The notes under the pieces are model-generated. The model was not told the origin of the DNA, ran no database searches, and worked only from the letters and a program-made list of their open reading frames with translations. A stretch of 61,352 nucleotides of DNA, filler included, from Gonapodya sp. JEL0774 (taxonomy: Eukaryota): the NCBI GenBank assembly GCA_027604505.1. It is 10 parts of 10 records of this genome, joined end to end, with 100 filler letters (N's around TTAATTAATTAA, not from the genome) between each part and the next. Parts side by side here need not be neighbours in the genome. Positions count along the whole stretch, not along the records: positions 12,355 to 18,421 come from JADIIX010000633.1; positions 18,522 to 24,568 come from JADIIX010000634.1; 8 more parts are not named here. The stretch is one strand, 5' to 3'. The first letter of the stretch is position 1. Every line of letters starts with the position of its first letter. The position numbers were made by a program, and so were the translations under genes. Below are positions 12,355 to 24,668 of the stretch, in pieces.

Positions 12355-12987
12355 AGTTGACTGAGCTGTGGAAGAAGCTGGATACATTGTGGTGGATTGT
12401 GCCGCAGGCAGTGGTAATTGCAGTGCTCGGATAGGTTTGGTAAATTGGGATATGTTTTGTATTGTCACTGCGGCTTTCTGTAGGTTTGTCTTCACTTGTT
12501 TCTGACCAAAAATAGTAGAACGTCCCTTGCCGTATAAATGTAATGTTGTCTTTGGAGGTTTCTCCGGTTTGGTGATTGACAGTCCATTTTCGGTGTGCCA
12601 CCAAAGAACTGACTGAACACGTTTCACCGTGAGAGGATCTTTCTCTGCCTTCTCCACAAGTTCATCCCAGAGCTCTGCATCTTTGGCAGCAGCACCCACC
12701 CCTGTGTCGGCATCCGACGATAAAACTGTCGTTCCCGAGTCGCTGGAGTGCACAGAAATGGCATCTGCTGGGGAATCCTGCCCGTTTGAATCAATGTAGA
12801 GTTTTGTATCGTATAGATTGACAGCGAGAAAGAACTTGCCTCTTTGTAATCAGAGATTTCAGGTTCGTAATCTTCATCGTCACTGCCAGAGGAAACATGG
12901 TCCACATCCACCACCTCCGCCAAAGCCTTCTCAACTTCCTCAAATCGCTCTGCCTGTTTCTTTCTCTTAGCTTTGCGGCATTTTGCC
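12355..12987 (-). pseudogene. Downstream part of a gene split by the hAT insertion (its first codons lie at 17735-17768); possibly the N-terminus of another transposon protein
   Basis: Removing the element and one TSD gives MGISKASRAAKCRKAKRKKQAERFEEVEKALAEVVDVDHVSSGSDDEDYEPE in frame. It continues after a probable intron as ...LYGKGRSTIFGQKQVKTNLQKAA...ISQF. Confidence 0.7.
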
Positions 12988-12998
12988 TAAAGCATCTA

Positions 12999-13190
12999 CG
13001 ATTCGATTCGATCCGATTTTTGCCTCCTCGATCGATTTCGAAGTGATTTTTGGGCTCTCGGTCGATTAAAAATCTCAGAATTACGTGGTCGGTCGATTCT
13101 CAATTCGATTTTTGACTCTGTCGGTCGATTTCGATTCGATTGGGGGGTTACCAAAATTTTTTCGATTCGATTCGATTTCGACTCGATTCA
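12999..13190. repeat. Left subterminal array of CGATT/GGTCGATT motifs of the hAT element
   Basis: Dense TCGATT, GGTCGATT and ATTCGATT copies directly inside the TIR. Confidence 0.8.
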
Positions 13191-13215
13191 TATTACACAA
13201 AGCAGTATTTCGTGT

Positions 13216-16122
13216 CTAGATCAACCCAGCTTTGTACCAGCTCTGAAGGCAGAGCAGTGCATTCACAGTTTCACCCCGCAAACTTCCCCGTTTCTCAGTA
13301 ACAATCAATGACGCAGCAGAAAACAGACGTTCCACTGGGGCACTTGTTGCTGGTAGAGAGAGGTAATCCCTTGCCATCCTTGCCAGATTGGGGAATTGGC
13401 TTGTCCCCACAGCATTTGGCTTCTCTAAGAACTGTCTCCAGAATGCTTCTGGTGGTAGATCAACAGGGGGGGCATCCAAATACTGCTGAAGCTCATCCTT
13501 CTCAACAACACGCTTCCTCTTGAGATGGGCAAACATGTGTGCCTCAAGATCTTCATCATCGTAAATCACCATGTCTCCATCCACAGAGCTAATTTTTGAA
13601 GAAGATGTTGATTCGTGAGGACTAGGCTTGTACCAGAGTTCCCAGCAAGACTTGACCCTGTTGTGGAGCTCTTTGATTAGGTCCTCCTCCCACTCTTGCT
13701 CTTCAGCATAAGCAAGTTTCAGTCTGTTGTTCAGAACTATGTCCAGCAGAGCAGTTGAGAGCATATTCTTAGTCCTTAGATATGCATGAAGTCAGCAGAC
13801 TGCAATTTGTACTTGCCAGTGCAGATTCCCCATGCATCAGTCTCATCTGTACGGCCATAGTACTTGTATAGTGGACCCAAGGCACCCACAGCCAGATTGT
13901 GAAGCAAGAGATCAGTGGAACTTGGCATGGTAACAGACTGCCGAGTGAGGTGGCCTGATCTAGGGGTGTTTGATGCCTGGTTGAGCATTTTAGACAACTT
14001 GCCCCTTGGTTTGCTCATTCTACGAGGTGCAGATGTGACACCAGATGCCATTGACGGTGATTCCAGAAGGGTCTCCACAGCATCCTCATCAAGACGACGG
14101 GATTCCACTCGATTGATTGTGTGATTGAAGGTGGGCACAAGACTATAGGCATGTAAATCATCACCAATGAGAGGCCGACCATCCTCATAGATCTGAGAAG
14201 CACATATTTGAGAGCTCATCACTGTGCGGGGCAATCAAATGTGAAAACAAAACGTACCTTTAAAAATCGTGAAATTTGCACCAACTCTTCCCATTCTGGG
14301 TGTGTGAGAGTGAGATGCGATATTTCAGGGATGCGTGAGACAACAACATTGACTGCATCTTTCATAGTGAGGAGGTTGTTGATGAGATGATAGAGTGCCC
14401 ACCAACGTGTAGGGGAATCCAGGTTTGGTGATTGATACGAAATGTCCAGTTGTTCACAAGCTTTCTTAAGCTCGTTCCTCCGCTGCACTGAGGCACCGAG
14501 CGCATAAGTGAGTTTGCGGGCCTTGATGACAACATTTGGTGCTGCTGATCGGAGCTCACGTGCCCACAATGTATCAATTGGAACTGAGTCAGGGCTTTTG
14601 TCGTCCACTTCATTTCCAAGGTAAGCATTTTTACCACGGATGATGTTTATGGCTGCCTGCGCAGATAAATGGAATGAGTGCTGGGCGCACCGGAGACGAT
14701 TGTTTGGATGCTGAAAGCGCATGTTTGATGTAGCTGTGTTTTCGTCATCATTGAGGACAGTGGCAAGATGTGCAACCAAGGTGTCATTGTTTGTTGCATT
14801 GTCACTTGTGGTATACCCAACCTAGAAATATGATAGAGCTTGATCAGAAATTCGGATCACATGATTACAGAGACACATTACTTACATTGCGGTGAAACCC
14901 GTAAAAGTCAATCTCTTCCATAATGAATGTGGCAAGATTCACACCAGTATGGGCACCAACTATTTCCTTGCAGCAGAGAACAACCTGCACAGGCTTAAGG
15001 TCCATGTCACAGAAGTGTGCAATGAGTCCAAGAAAGGCGAGGTTGTTGGCGGATGTCCACGTGTCAAATGTGAGATGAACAAGAGTATTTCCGTCCTATG
15101 TAATGCAAGAGAGCAGTGAGCTTGGGTTTTCATTCCACCAACCCAACAACTCACGACTGAAGACCCTCCATTCACCTTAAGCAGTGGAGCTATTCTTTCT
15201 GTGCGTGCTCTCTGATAAGCTTGCATTATCTGTGTGCGGATCCACTCAGCTCCGTACAAAGTAACATCAGGTTTCAAGAACCAAAGCAGCCGCCGAAAGA
15301 CCATGGATTCCATCTTGGCAAATGAGATATTTTCGACTGCAAAAAATTCGACTAGGAGGTTCTTGAATGCTTCATGGGAGTATTTCTACAAACAATCACA
15401 TTGGTTTTGTCAATGGTCAACAATATCATATGGGCATCAGGGCATCCACCCTTCCAGAAAAAGGCACTGGCACACCACAGAAGTGCCAACAAATGGAGAT
15501 TAACCTCAACTCACTGGTACTTGAGACGCTCCACCTGCCAAATTTGAGACAAATTGTGAGACTGACTGTTGAGTTGCGCTTGCACTTTTGGTCTGTGACG
15601 GACGCATTGTGGCAAGCCACTCCTCTGGGATCACTGCCGAGTGAGCTCTGACAAGATGCTCATTCAGGTTGGTGGTAGAAGCCTTGATGGAGGTACGAAG
15701 TGCACTAAAATATAATGATATGCAGTTAATGATGATATCCCCCGACCTCTGTGGGTGTAATTCCAAGTTGCAGCCTGACAGGAGTAAGGAGTTGGCTCAG
15801 CTCACCTGCAGATAATGCATTTCATCCGGTTTTGTTCTTGAGTCTGCTGAAAATATCGCCAGCAGTTTGAAGTCTTTCCCGCTGGAAGTGGGTGTCCGCG
15901 ATTGAGACTAGCGGCATGAGTTGTTGCAGCTGCCGGTGAGCTGCTGGAGGTGGAATCGGAACCTGCTCCACCAACATCCGCGCCTGTACAATCCGCTTCA
16001 TCGACATCAAAGACAGTGTTGCGAGGCCCCTCGAGAGACATTGTGTGGATTCTCAGAGGCGTGTTTGTGAATTGTGACGCCTCACCTGGGGGTTCGGAGT
16101 TGTCCATCAACATTGCTTTCAT
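13216..16122 (-). CDS. hAT transposase (BED zinc finger, DDE core, C-terminal dimerisation domain), spliced; exact start uncertain
   Basis: BED: SNCWRYF...MKCIIC...STTNLNEHLVRAH. D1: HLTFDTWTS. D2: TSDNATNND. CxxH: RCAQH. Also LDSPTRW. E and dimerisation domain: FPNLARMARDYLSLPATSAPVERLFS. Confidence 0.95.
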
Positions 16123-17394
16123 AAATTTCGAGATATTTGAATATTTCGAACTTGCAACTGAGCTTAAGAAATACAACAGTACAATTTGAACTCTCTTCAC
16201 TATCAAACTCATCTTCTGACACCACATCCCATGATCTCCCCAATTATTGTCTGAAGTCCTGGCCCTGGGCAGCTAAGCACTTCTTGATCCCATCTACAGG
16301 CTCTCTGTCCAACCAATGAGGACCAACCAACAGCCTTCGGACGACGAAAAAACTCGTCCCCTACCGGCTACCGCTGGTGGAGGCCTGTAACAGAAGGCAG
16401 GTCCAGATGCAGGCAGAGCTCCACATCACCTGCTTCACAAGCAAATCGACGTTTGAACGTGCGGCGAGGGCGCGGGGTTTGATAGGGGGAACGGGCGTGG
16501 TGTTGCAAGGCGCCACGTTTCGGGAGCTGATGGTTGCGGTGGGACGGAACAAAATCAGTGTAACAAAGGCCCACAAAGCCTCCACACCACACCCATAGCA
16601 CCTAAGATACTAGAGCATGTGGCGGTGAGCTTCAGGACCCTGGGAACAAGCGGGGCGAGACCGGATGGTGACAAACAGGGGGTGGCGGGTAAAACCTGAC
16701 CTGGGGACGCTCCGTTTGCCAACTGGAGAGGCAACTGCCGCGCAAACCCACCTCCCATCACCAGGGAAGGGACCGTGAATGGTAGCGTGGCATTTGCGTT
16801 CGATTTCCGGGGAACAGGAGCCCCGATGGGTACAGGATACCCGTGACAAGTCCAATTCGAACTCACCTTGAACATCCAGAGGCTTTTCAACTCACCCATA
16901 ATCCTAGATCATGATTCGACATTGGCTCCTGCTCCGGATGACTTTGTTCCATCGGAATCGTGGAGTCAGGTGGGGAAGAAGCGGAAACGAAGGGAACGTC
17001 GAGACGATGGGCAAGCAAGGGACCCGGATTTGGAATCTACGAATGAAAACGTGTGGGAAAACGTTGGGAAAGAGGGGAAAACTCAAGAGGATAAGGGGAA
17101 TTCATGCACTTGTGCGGATGCAGTGACTAGGTGGGATGACCATCCCATCCTCCCGAAATGCCGCAAAACACACTTAATCCATTCTTTGAGGGTCGCTGAG
17201 TCTTTTCAACACAGCCCCGCGCCACGGACCTCTGTCCATGTGTTTGTACGACCTCTGACTCCGAACCCACCATGTCCAAACCTTGCTACACTCACGATTC
17301 GGATTTCACCCCTGACACGCTCCAATAGAGAGTCATCTTCATGTGTTGAGGTGATTTTCCATTGACGCGCTGCGAAAACGGGGGTTTGTGTTCG

Positions 17395-17730
17395 GTTGGC
17401 TCGATTTGGGAATCGAAATCCGACCCCCTCCAACCCATCACCACTCAACCAACTCACAATTCCCGTTCCGCCAACGAAAATTCCTGTTGAACGTCATCGT
17501 AGTATATTGCGGTGATTTTACGTTGATTCGCCGTGAAAAAGGTGGGTTTTGTGCAGGGATGGGTCGATTTGGGAATCGAAATCGGCTCTCAGTCGGTCGA
17601 TTCCCCAATCGCAATCGAAACCATTCGGTCGATTCCCAATCGATTTTCGATTGACAAATTTTGCCACGATCGATTAAAATCGAATCGAAATCGAGCCGAA
17701 TCGTCGATTGGGCAATCGAATCGTCGATGC
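17395..17730. repeat. Right subterminal array of TCGATT/AATCGA motifs of the hAT element
   Basis: Repeated TCGATTTGGGAATCGAAATC, CGGTCGATTCCC and AATCGA copies. Confidence 0.8.
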
Positions 17731-18521
17731 TTTAATTTTGCCGCGCGGGAAGCTTTTGAGATCCCCATTCCAATACCTGTCGTCTCAAAGAAAGAACTTG
17801 TGCCCCTACCATCTCTTTGGAGTGATTCGGACCAGAGTATCAAAGAAGTGATTCCAAGTCAATTTATGCATTACAATACATTATGTTATTGTGTATTCAC
17901 TACAGCTGCCTCTCCAAGTCGACAAGTGCAGCAGTATTCTTGTGGTACTGCAGTAGATGTCCACCGTGTTGATATGACATGAAAGTGGATGCTCACGGAT
18001 ATCAACTCACTGAGAAAGAACGCGAGGATTTGTATTCTGAGTTGGCGTACAGGGTGGTGACAACTCCGTGCCGTCCGACTGCCACTTCCATCTCTTGTGC
18101 ACTTGCAAGCCCAACACAACAGGTAGTCTTCAAAATACTGATGTTAGCATCGAAAAAAATTTAAGGAGCTGCGTGTGAACATCATACATTTCCACTTTCA
18201 TCAAGTTTGTAAGCAGCTGCAGCTGGAAACGTCTGTCGGCGATCTTTGTATGAAGGTTCAGTTTGAGCAATCCCTCCCCGTGTAGAGGACAAAGCTGGAA
18301 GTTTCACAGCAGATCCTTCATCCCACATACCTCGCGGATTGACCGTTGTTGTCCTGATAAAGAGAACACGGTCACCAACATCCAAGTGCAGCCCACATCC
18401 ATCTTGGTGGTCTGAACACGANNNNNNNNNNNNNNNNNNNNNNNNNNNNNNNNNNNNNNNNNNNNTTAATTAATTAANNNNNNNNNNNNNNNNNNNNNNN
18501 NNNNNNNNNNNNNNNNNNNNN

Positions 18522-19659
<1,138 letters not shown>

Positions 19660-20833
19660 GATTCTACGTGCAATCTGAGAACGATTTCAGAATCTTTCGA
19701 CGGCAATCAGGACTGAAAAGGCTTGGTCTATGGAAGGGGCAAGGGTGAGAATGTATCCTTGATGTCAGGGAAGGCGACTCCAGGAAGAAGACCCGCTATG
19801 GACACTGGGCTCGGATCACGATAGATAAAGGAAGAAGGACAAGCTTGCATCCTCTTCCAAGATGTTCCGAGCTCCATGTGCCGCTTGTCTTTCATGGTGT
19901 GACACTCTCTTGTGTGCTGGGACCGTACTCATCAACAAACAAGTTTTTCCCGCAGGGCTTGTTCGACTCGTTTGTCAACTTTGCCCAGCAGGTGAACTCG
20001 ACTCAGGGGCATATACCCTTGTCATATTCTCCTGTATATTCATATCACATACTTTGCCGAGCAGTGTGTGTGTGCCAGGCCGCATCTGCGTTCCAATGAA
20101 ACTGTGTCGACGTCGACAAGGCGGAAGCATGAGAGCGCCTCTCCAGCCGCGTAACACTGACTGACAATATCAAATGCATTGCCTGGCGTTGAACCACGGT
20201 GTAGCTTGGTCAATCAGGTGCTGTGCTGCTTCGCATCCTATGCATTAGAAACGGCGAAACCGCATGATGAACCCGTCCCGGCTTCATGTCGGCTCAACTT
20301 GATTCCACGTCATGATTGATCTCGACCAAGAACCCGACGAGGAGGACCATTCAAAAATTGCATTTGATACGCCAGTGTAAGAGAAGCGCTCGCAGTCGTC
20401 AACGGACCCAGAACCTGACCGTCGGGCGAAATCTGTTTAGTGGTGATTCAGAATCAATACAGGAACGAGACCATTCGCCACGCTCCGGAGGCAGGACACC
20501 ATCTTCCGTGAATTCCATCCGCTCGGAGAAAGAGGACGCAGGCCCTGATTCGCAACTATCATCGACAAGTATTAGACAACGGAGTGCTCTGGCAACCATT
20601 AATTCGGGTCAGCCATTGGCGGGACACGCTAGTTCGTACCAGGACCGAATCAGTCAAATCGTGGGACACGTGTCGGGAGTCTTGACGGATACAGACCTAG
20701 AAGACGATAGTCTACGGTGAGAAGAACTTCACGCGGTGACTTGACTCTGAACGAAAGGAAGCGCCCCTCGTGATTTCCTTCTTCCCCTTCAACCAGAGGG
20801 AAAGCTCAAAAAGCTGCAAAAGCATCTGCCGCA

Positions 20834-23603
20834 ATGGCTTTGTCCATGTTGAAAGAACTGGTTCTCGACAAGGTACGTTTCAAATACGCTTGAATCCCTT
20901 CAGTTGGCATTCGCGATCCTTACCCAGCACAGCAAAGCCCATCCACTATCCCATCATCTCTCTGCTTGGTCTGCTCCGCGTGCTACCGCGGTTCCTCTCG
21001 GGATATGTCAGCAACCGATCCGTCTTTAATATTGCCGCCCTGCTTGCAGTGTACAAGCTTTGGAAGCGCCTCATCTCTGAAATGGAGGTTCATCGCATGA
21101 TTACTGGCAAGGTTAGTGCAACTCGAGGCTCTCCCATTTCCAAGGATTGTTCGCATCCAATATCGATCGCTTCCATGACTCAGGTGGATCACAGTTCCCC
21201 CCTCCACGGCGGCCACCTTGCCGCCCACGTTCTCCTTGCCCATAAAGTCGACGCTCTCTTCACTCTCGCTGGTGGTCATGTGTCTCCTGTACTCGTCGCG
21301 GCCGAAGAGATGGGCGTTCGCGTAATCGATGTTAGGGACGAGGCGACTGCAGTGTTTGCCGCAGATGGATACGCCAGGTTGACAGGAAGAATTGGCGTAG
21401 CCGTAGTAACGGCCGGCCCGGGTAAGTGAAGCAAGTTCAACTGGAGTGAGTGCCCTTTCCTACGGGCATGTGAATCTCAAACTATCCTCATGACTGCAGG
21501 TCTCACAAACACAGTAACAGCTGTGAAAAATGCTCAAATGGTGCGTTCAGGGATACTCTTCTGCTTATACTTCGTTTCCTCCTCTTCCTCATCCCCATAT
21601 CTATGCTCCAGGCGGAATCGCCTGTCTTAGTAATTTCTGGTGCTGCCGCGACGCTGCTCAAAGGCCGTGGTGCACTGCAAGATATTGACCAACTTGCGCT
21701 CATGAAGGTAAGTTTGTTCCTCTGAAATCAAACCGACCAATGCTTAAATCCCACCGCATGTTTTTCCACCAAGCCCATCTGCAAATCCACCCACACCGTC
21801 TCTCGCGTCCGTTCTATCCCCTCCACTCTCCTCATTGCCATTAATCATGCTCTCACCGCGCCCATGGGTCCCGTCTATGTTGAACTCCCAATCGACACCC
21901 TGTATCCGGTCGCGCTGGTTGCCAAAAATGTTGGTGCAGGGTCACAGGGAAAAGGTGGCCCCTTAGCGGCATTAGTGGACTCCGTTCTAGCAGCGTATGT
22001 GCGATACGTTTTCGCGGATGCGTTTGAAGGCTTTGGATACCGGGAGGGGACGGTCAAAGGGAACTCCCCGCTGGTCGCAACACACACAATCCGCCCTCTT
22101 CCCATTCCACGCCCGCCTCTACCATCCCGACCTCTCTCTCGTGCGGTTGCCACGCTCATTTTGTCTCACCGGCCCGTTCTTCTTTTGGGCTCCCAAAGTG
22201 TTTCTCGAGGTCCTGAAGCCGCGGCAAGACTCGCTGCTGCGGTGAAAGGGTTGGGTGTGCCAATATTTTTGGCGGGGATGGCGAGGGGCTTGGTCGGGCA
22301 AGATGGCGGTGGTGTGCAGCTCCGGCAGGTCAGGAAGAAGGCATTGGCCACTGCGGATGTGATTGTTTTAGCAGGTGAGCTCTCACTGTCCATATTCCGT
22401 TTGCAAACATTTAGAACTTGTCATTTCGTATCTCCTGCTTGTTTCAGGTATCACGCCAGATTTTCGTCTCGACTATGGCCGCACCCTTTCTCGCCGTGCC
22501 AAAATCATTACTTGCAACTCGAATCCTGCCCATCTTCACCTCAACGCCGGTTTATTCTGGAATCCTGAGGTGACATGTCTCGGCGATCCTGGAGAGTTTA
22601 TTGAAGCTCTATGTAAAGGTGTTGAGAACGAGAGGACAGTTAAGGGCAAAGGGTGGGAGCTGGACAAGGAGTGGGTGAAAGGTTTGGCAGAATTGGAGAA
22701 GAACAAGGAAGATGAGATTAGGTTAGTTGGGTCCAAAGGGTTTGCGCTGGAGTGGCGACTCACAGCAACCATGATTCACCGATACCTTGCGTGTAACAAA
22801 TCCCACCACCCTCTGCAGATCAAAATCCCTACTCCCTGTTCCGCAATCTTCCTGCCTCAACCCACTCTGGGCCCTTTCGACCCTCGAGGCCCACCTTCCC
22901 ACGTCAACCATCCTAATCGCTGATGGTGGTGACTTTGTTGGTACAGCTGCATACATTTTGCGCCCGCGAGGCCCCCTTACCTGGATGGACCCCGGAGCTT
23001 TCGGTACTCTTGGATGTGGTGCTGGATTTGCGATAGCTGCGAAGGTGTGCATGCCAGAGTCACAAGTGTGGGTCGTTTATGGGGACGGAAGTTTTGGGTG
23101 GAGCATGGCGGAGGTTGATACATGGGTGAGACATGTAAGTATCCGCTGCAGTAAATCAAATTGTGGTGTTGAATGCGTTAATTACGTCATTGCTCTCATC
23201 GTGAAGAAACTTGGTATTGTTGCGATAATTGGGAATGATGCGAAGTGGGCGTGAGTGTTATGCTCTGCGTTTGCTCATTTGGTGTTTTAGTCCAACTAAC
23301 TTTGAATTTGGTGATATTTAATTGTTACTCTTCTGAATTGCATTTCTTGCTTCCTCCTCTAGCCAAATTGCCCGTGAACAGGTCACTATGCTTGGGTCCC
23401 CCACTGCCTGCCTCCTCTCCCGTACCGCCGACTACGCAGCTGCTGGACGAGCGATGGGTGGTCGTGGATGGACAGTCAAAGCGCCCCAACAGCTTGAAAA
23501 AGCACTCGAGGATGCGGTGGCGGCTGCTGGAAATGGTGTCTGTGGGGTGATCGACGTATGGATCGGAGAGACGGACTTTAGAGAAGGCAGCGTAAGCGTT
23601 TGA
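20834..23603 (+). CDS. ILVBL: Acetolactate synthase-like protein / 2-hydroxyacyl-CoA lyase 2 (TPP enzyme), multi-exon
   Basis: [87 protein letters not shown] motif; C-terminus [10 protein letters not shown]. Confidence 0.9.
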
Positions 23604-24668
23604 GATTCATTTGATGATATGGGGATGGTTGAAAGCGAGCAGTGTGTCTCAGAACGAGGGATGTTGCTTGTAATAATGAGCTATTATCAAGCTATGACGC
23701 AAGTGCATCTCGCACGAGTTTCACCAACACGCGACCAACGTCCGTTCTCCCACTTCTCCCCGACCGCTCTGCTCGCCAACGGCCTCGTATATTATCGGTC
23801 AATCTGACACGAAAATCAATCACAACGTCGTTTAGCGAGGATTGTCGGGAAGGAGTGAAGGAGGATGTGAGAGGACCTTGTGAGAGCGTTCGAAGGGCCG
23901 TTGACAAGACCGCTTTATGCAAGCGAGGACTTGGACGCGACAGCGGTGAAGCTCGTTGTTGTTCCAGCTGCGCTACTCGAGTCACTGACGCTGACGTGCG
24001 GGAATGTGTTAGTCGTAGAGGCATCGGCTTGGCTCTGTCGATCAACCGGGCGAATGATGAGAGCTGTGGGTCATGGCCCGGAGTGATCGGGGTCAGTGAT
24101 AACGCAGATAACTCAGTAACAGTTCATTGAATGTCTTACCATTGCTGATCTGGAGAAAGTTAATGGTTGATTCTCGGGTGATATAGAGAGGTTGTTTCTG
24201 TCTCGAACACTTTGAGTAAAAGTATGAAATCGAGATCAATTCAGCATTCATCGCCCCTGATTGGATTATTCACCAGCAGCCTCTCGCTACTTCTTGCTCC
24301 ACTCGCTGATTTTCACCAGCATCGCCCCGACCATTGGGAGTGCTCTGTGATACGCCATATTCCGCCGCTGTACTGAGACTTTGCTGTAATTTGTGCGAAC
24401 TCACCAATGCCAGCTCACTGTAGAAGGTTAGATCGAGAACTTGATGTGAAGGTATCACAAGAAAACTCGGATCAGATCAGTTCGGGTCGCAACAGACAGT
24501 TGCTCAGCTGGCGAAGAAATCACTTGGTCGACGCCAGGGACCGGCCGCACAGGTCGGTACTTGGTTGANNNNNNNNNNNNNNNNNNNNNNNNNNNNNNNN
24601 NNNNNNNNNNNNTTAATTAATTAANNNNNNNNNNNNNNNNNNNNNNNNNNNNNNNNNNNNNNNNNNNN

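Larger units (their letters stand above)
12988..17734 (-). mobile_element. Complete hAT-superfamily DNA transposon, 4,747 bp
   Basis: 21-bp TIRs TAAAGCATC(T/G)ACGATTCGATT at 12988-13008 and 17714-17734 (one mismatch). Perfect 8-bp TSD ATTTTGCC at 12980-12987 and 17735-17742. Internal hAT transposase. Confidence 0.97.

Noticed and set aside
12999..17730. CGATT-rich repeats as a CRISPR-like array
   Set aside because: Irregular short motifs without a repeat-spacer period; explained as hAT subterminal repeats.
23692..24568. Minus-strand exon-like fragments after ILVBL
   Set aside because: Probably the 3' end of a truncated gene, but no identifiable product.
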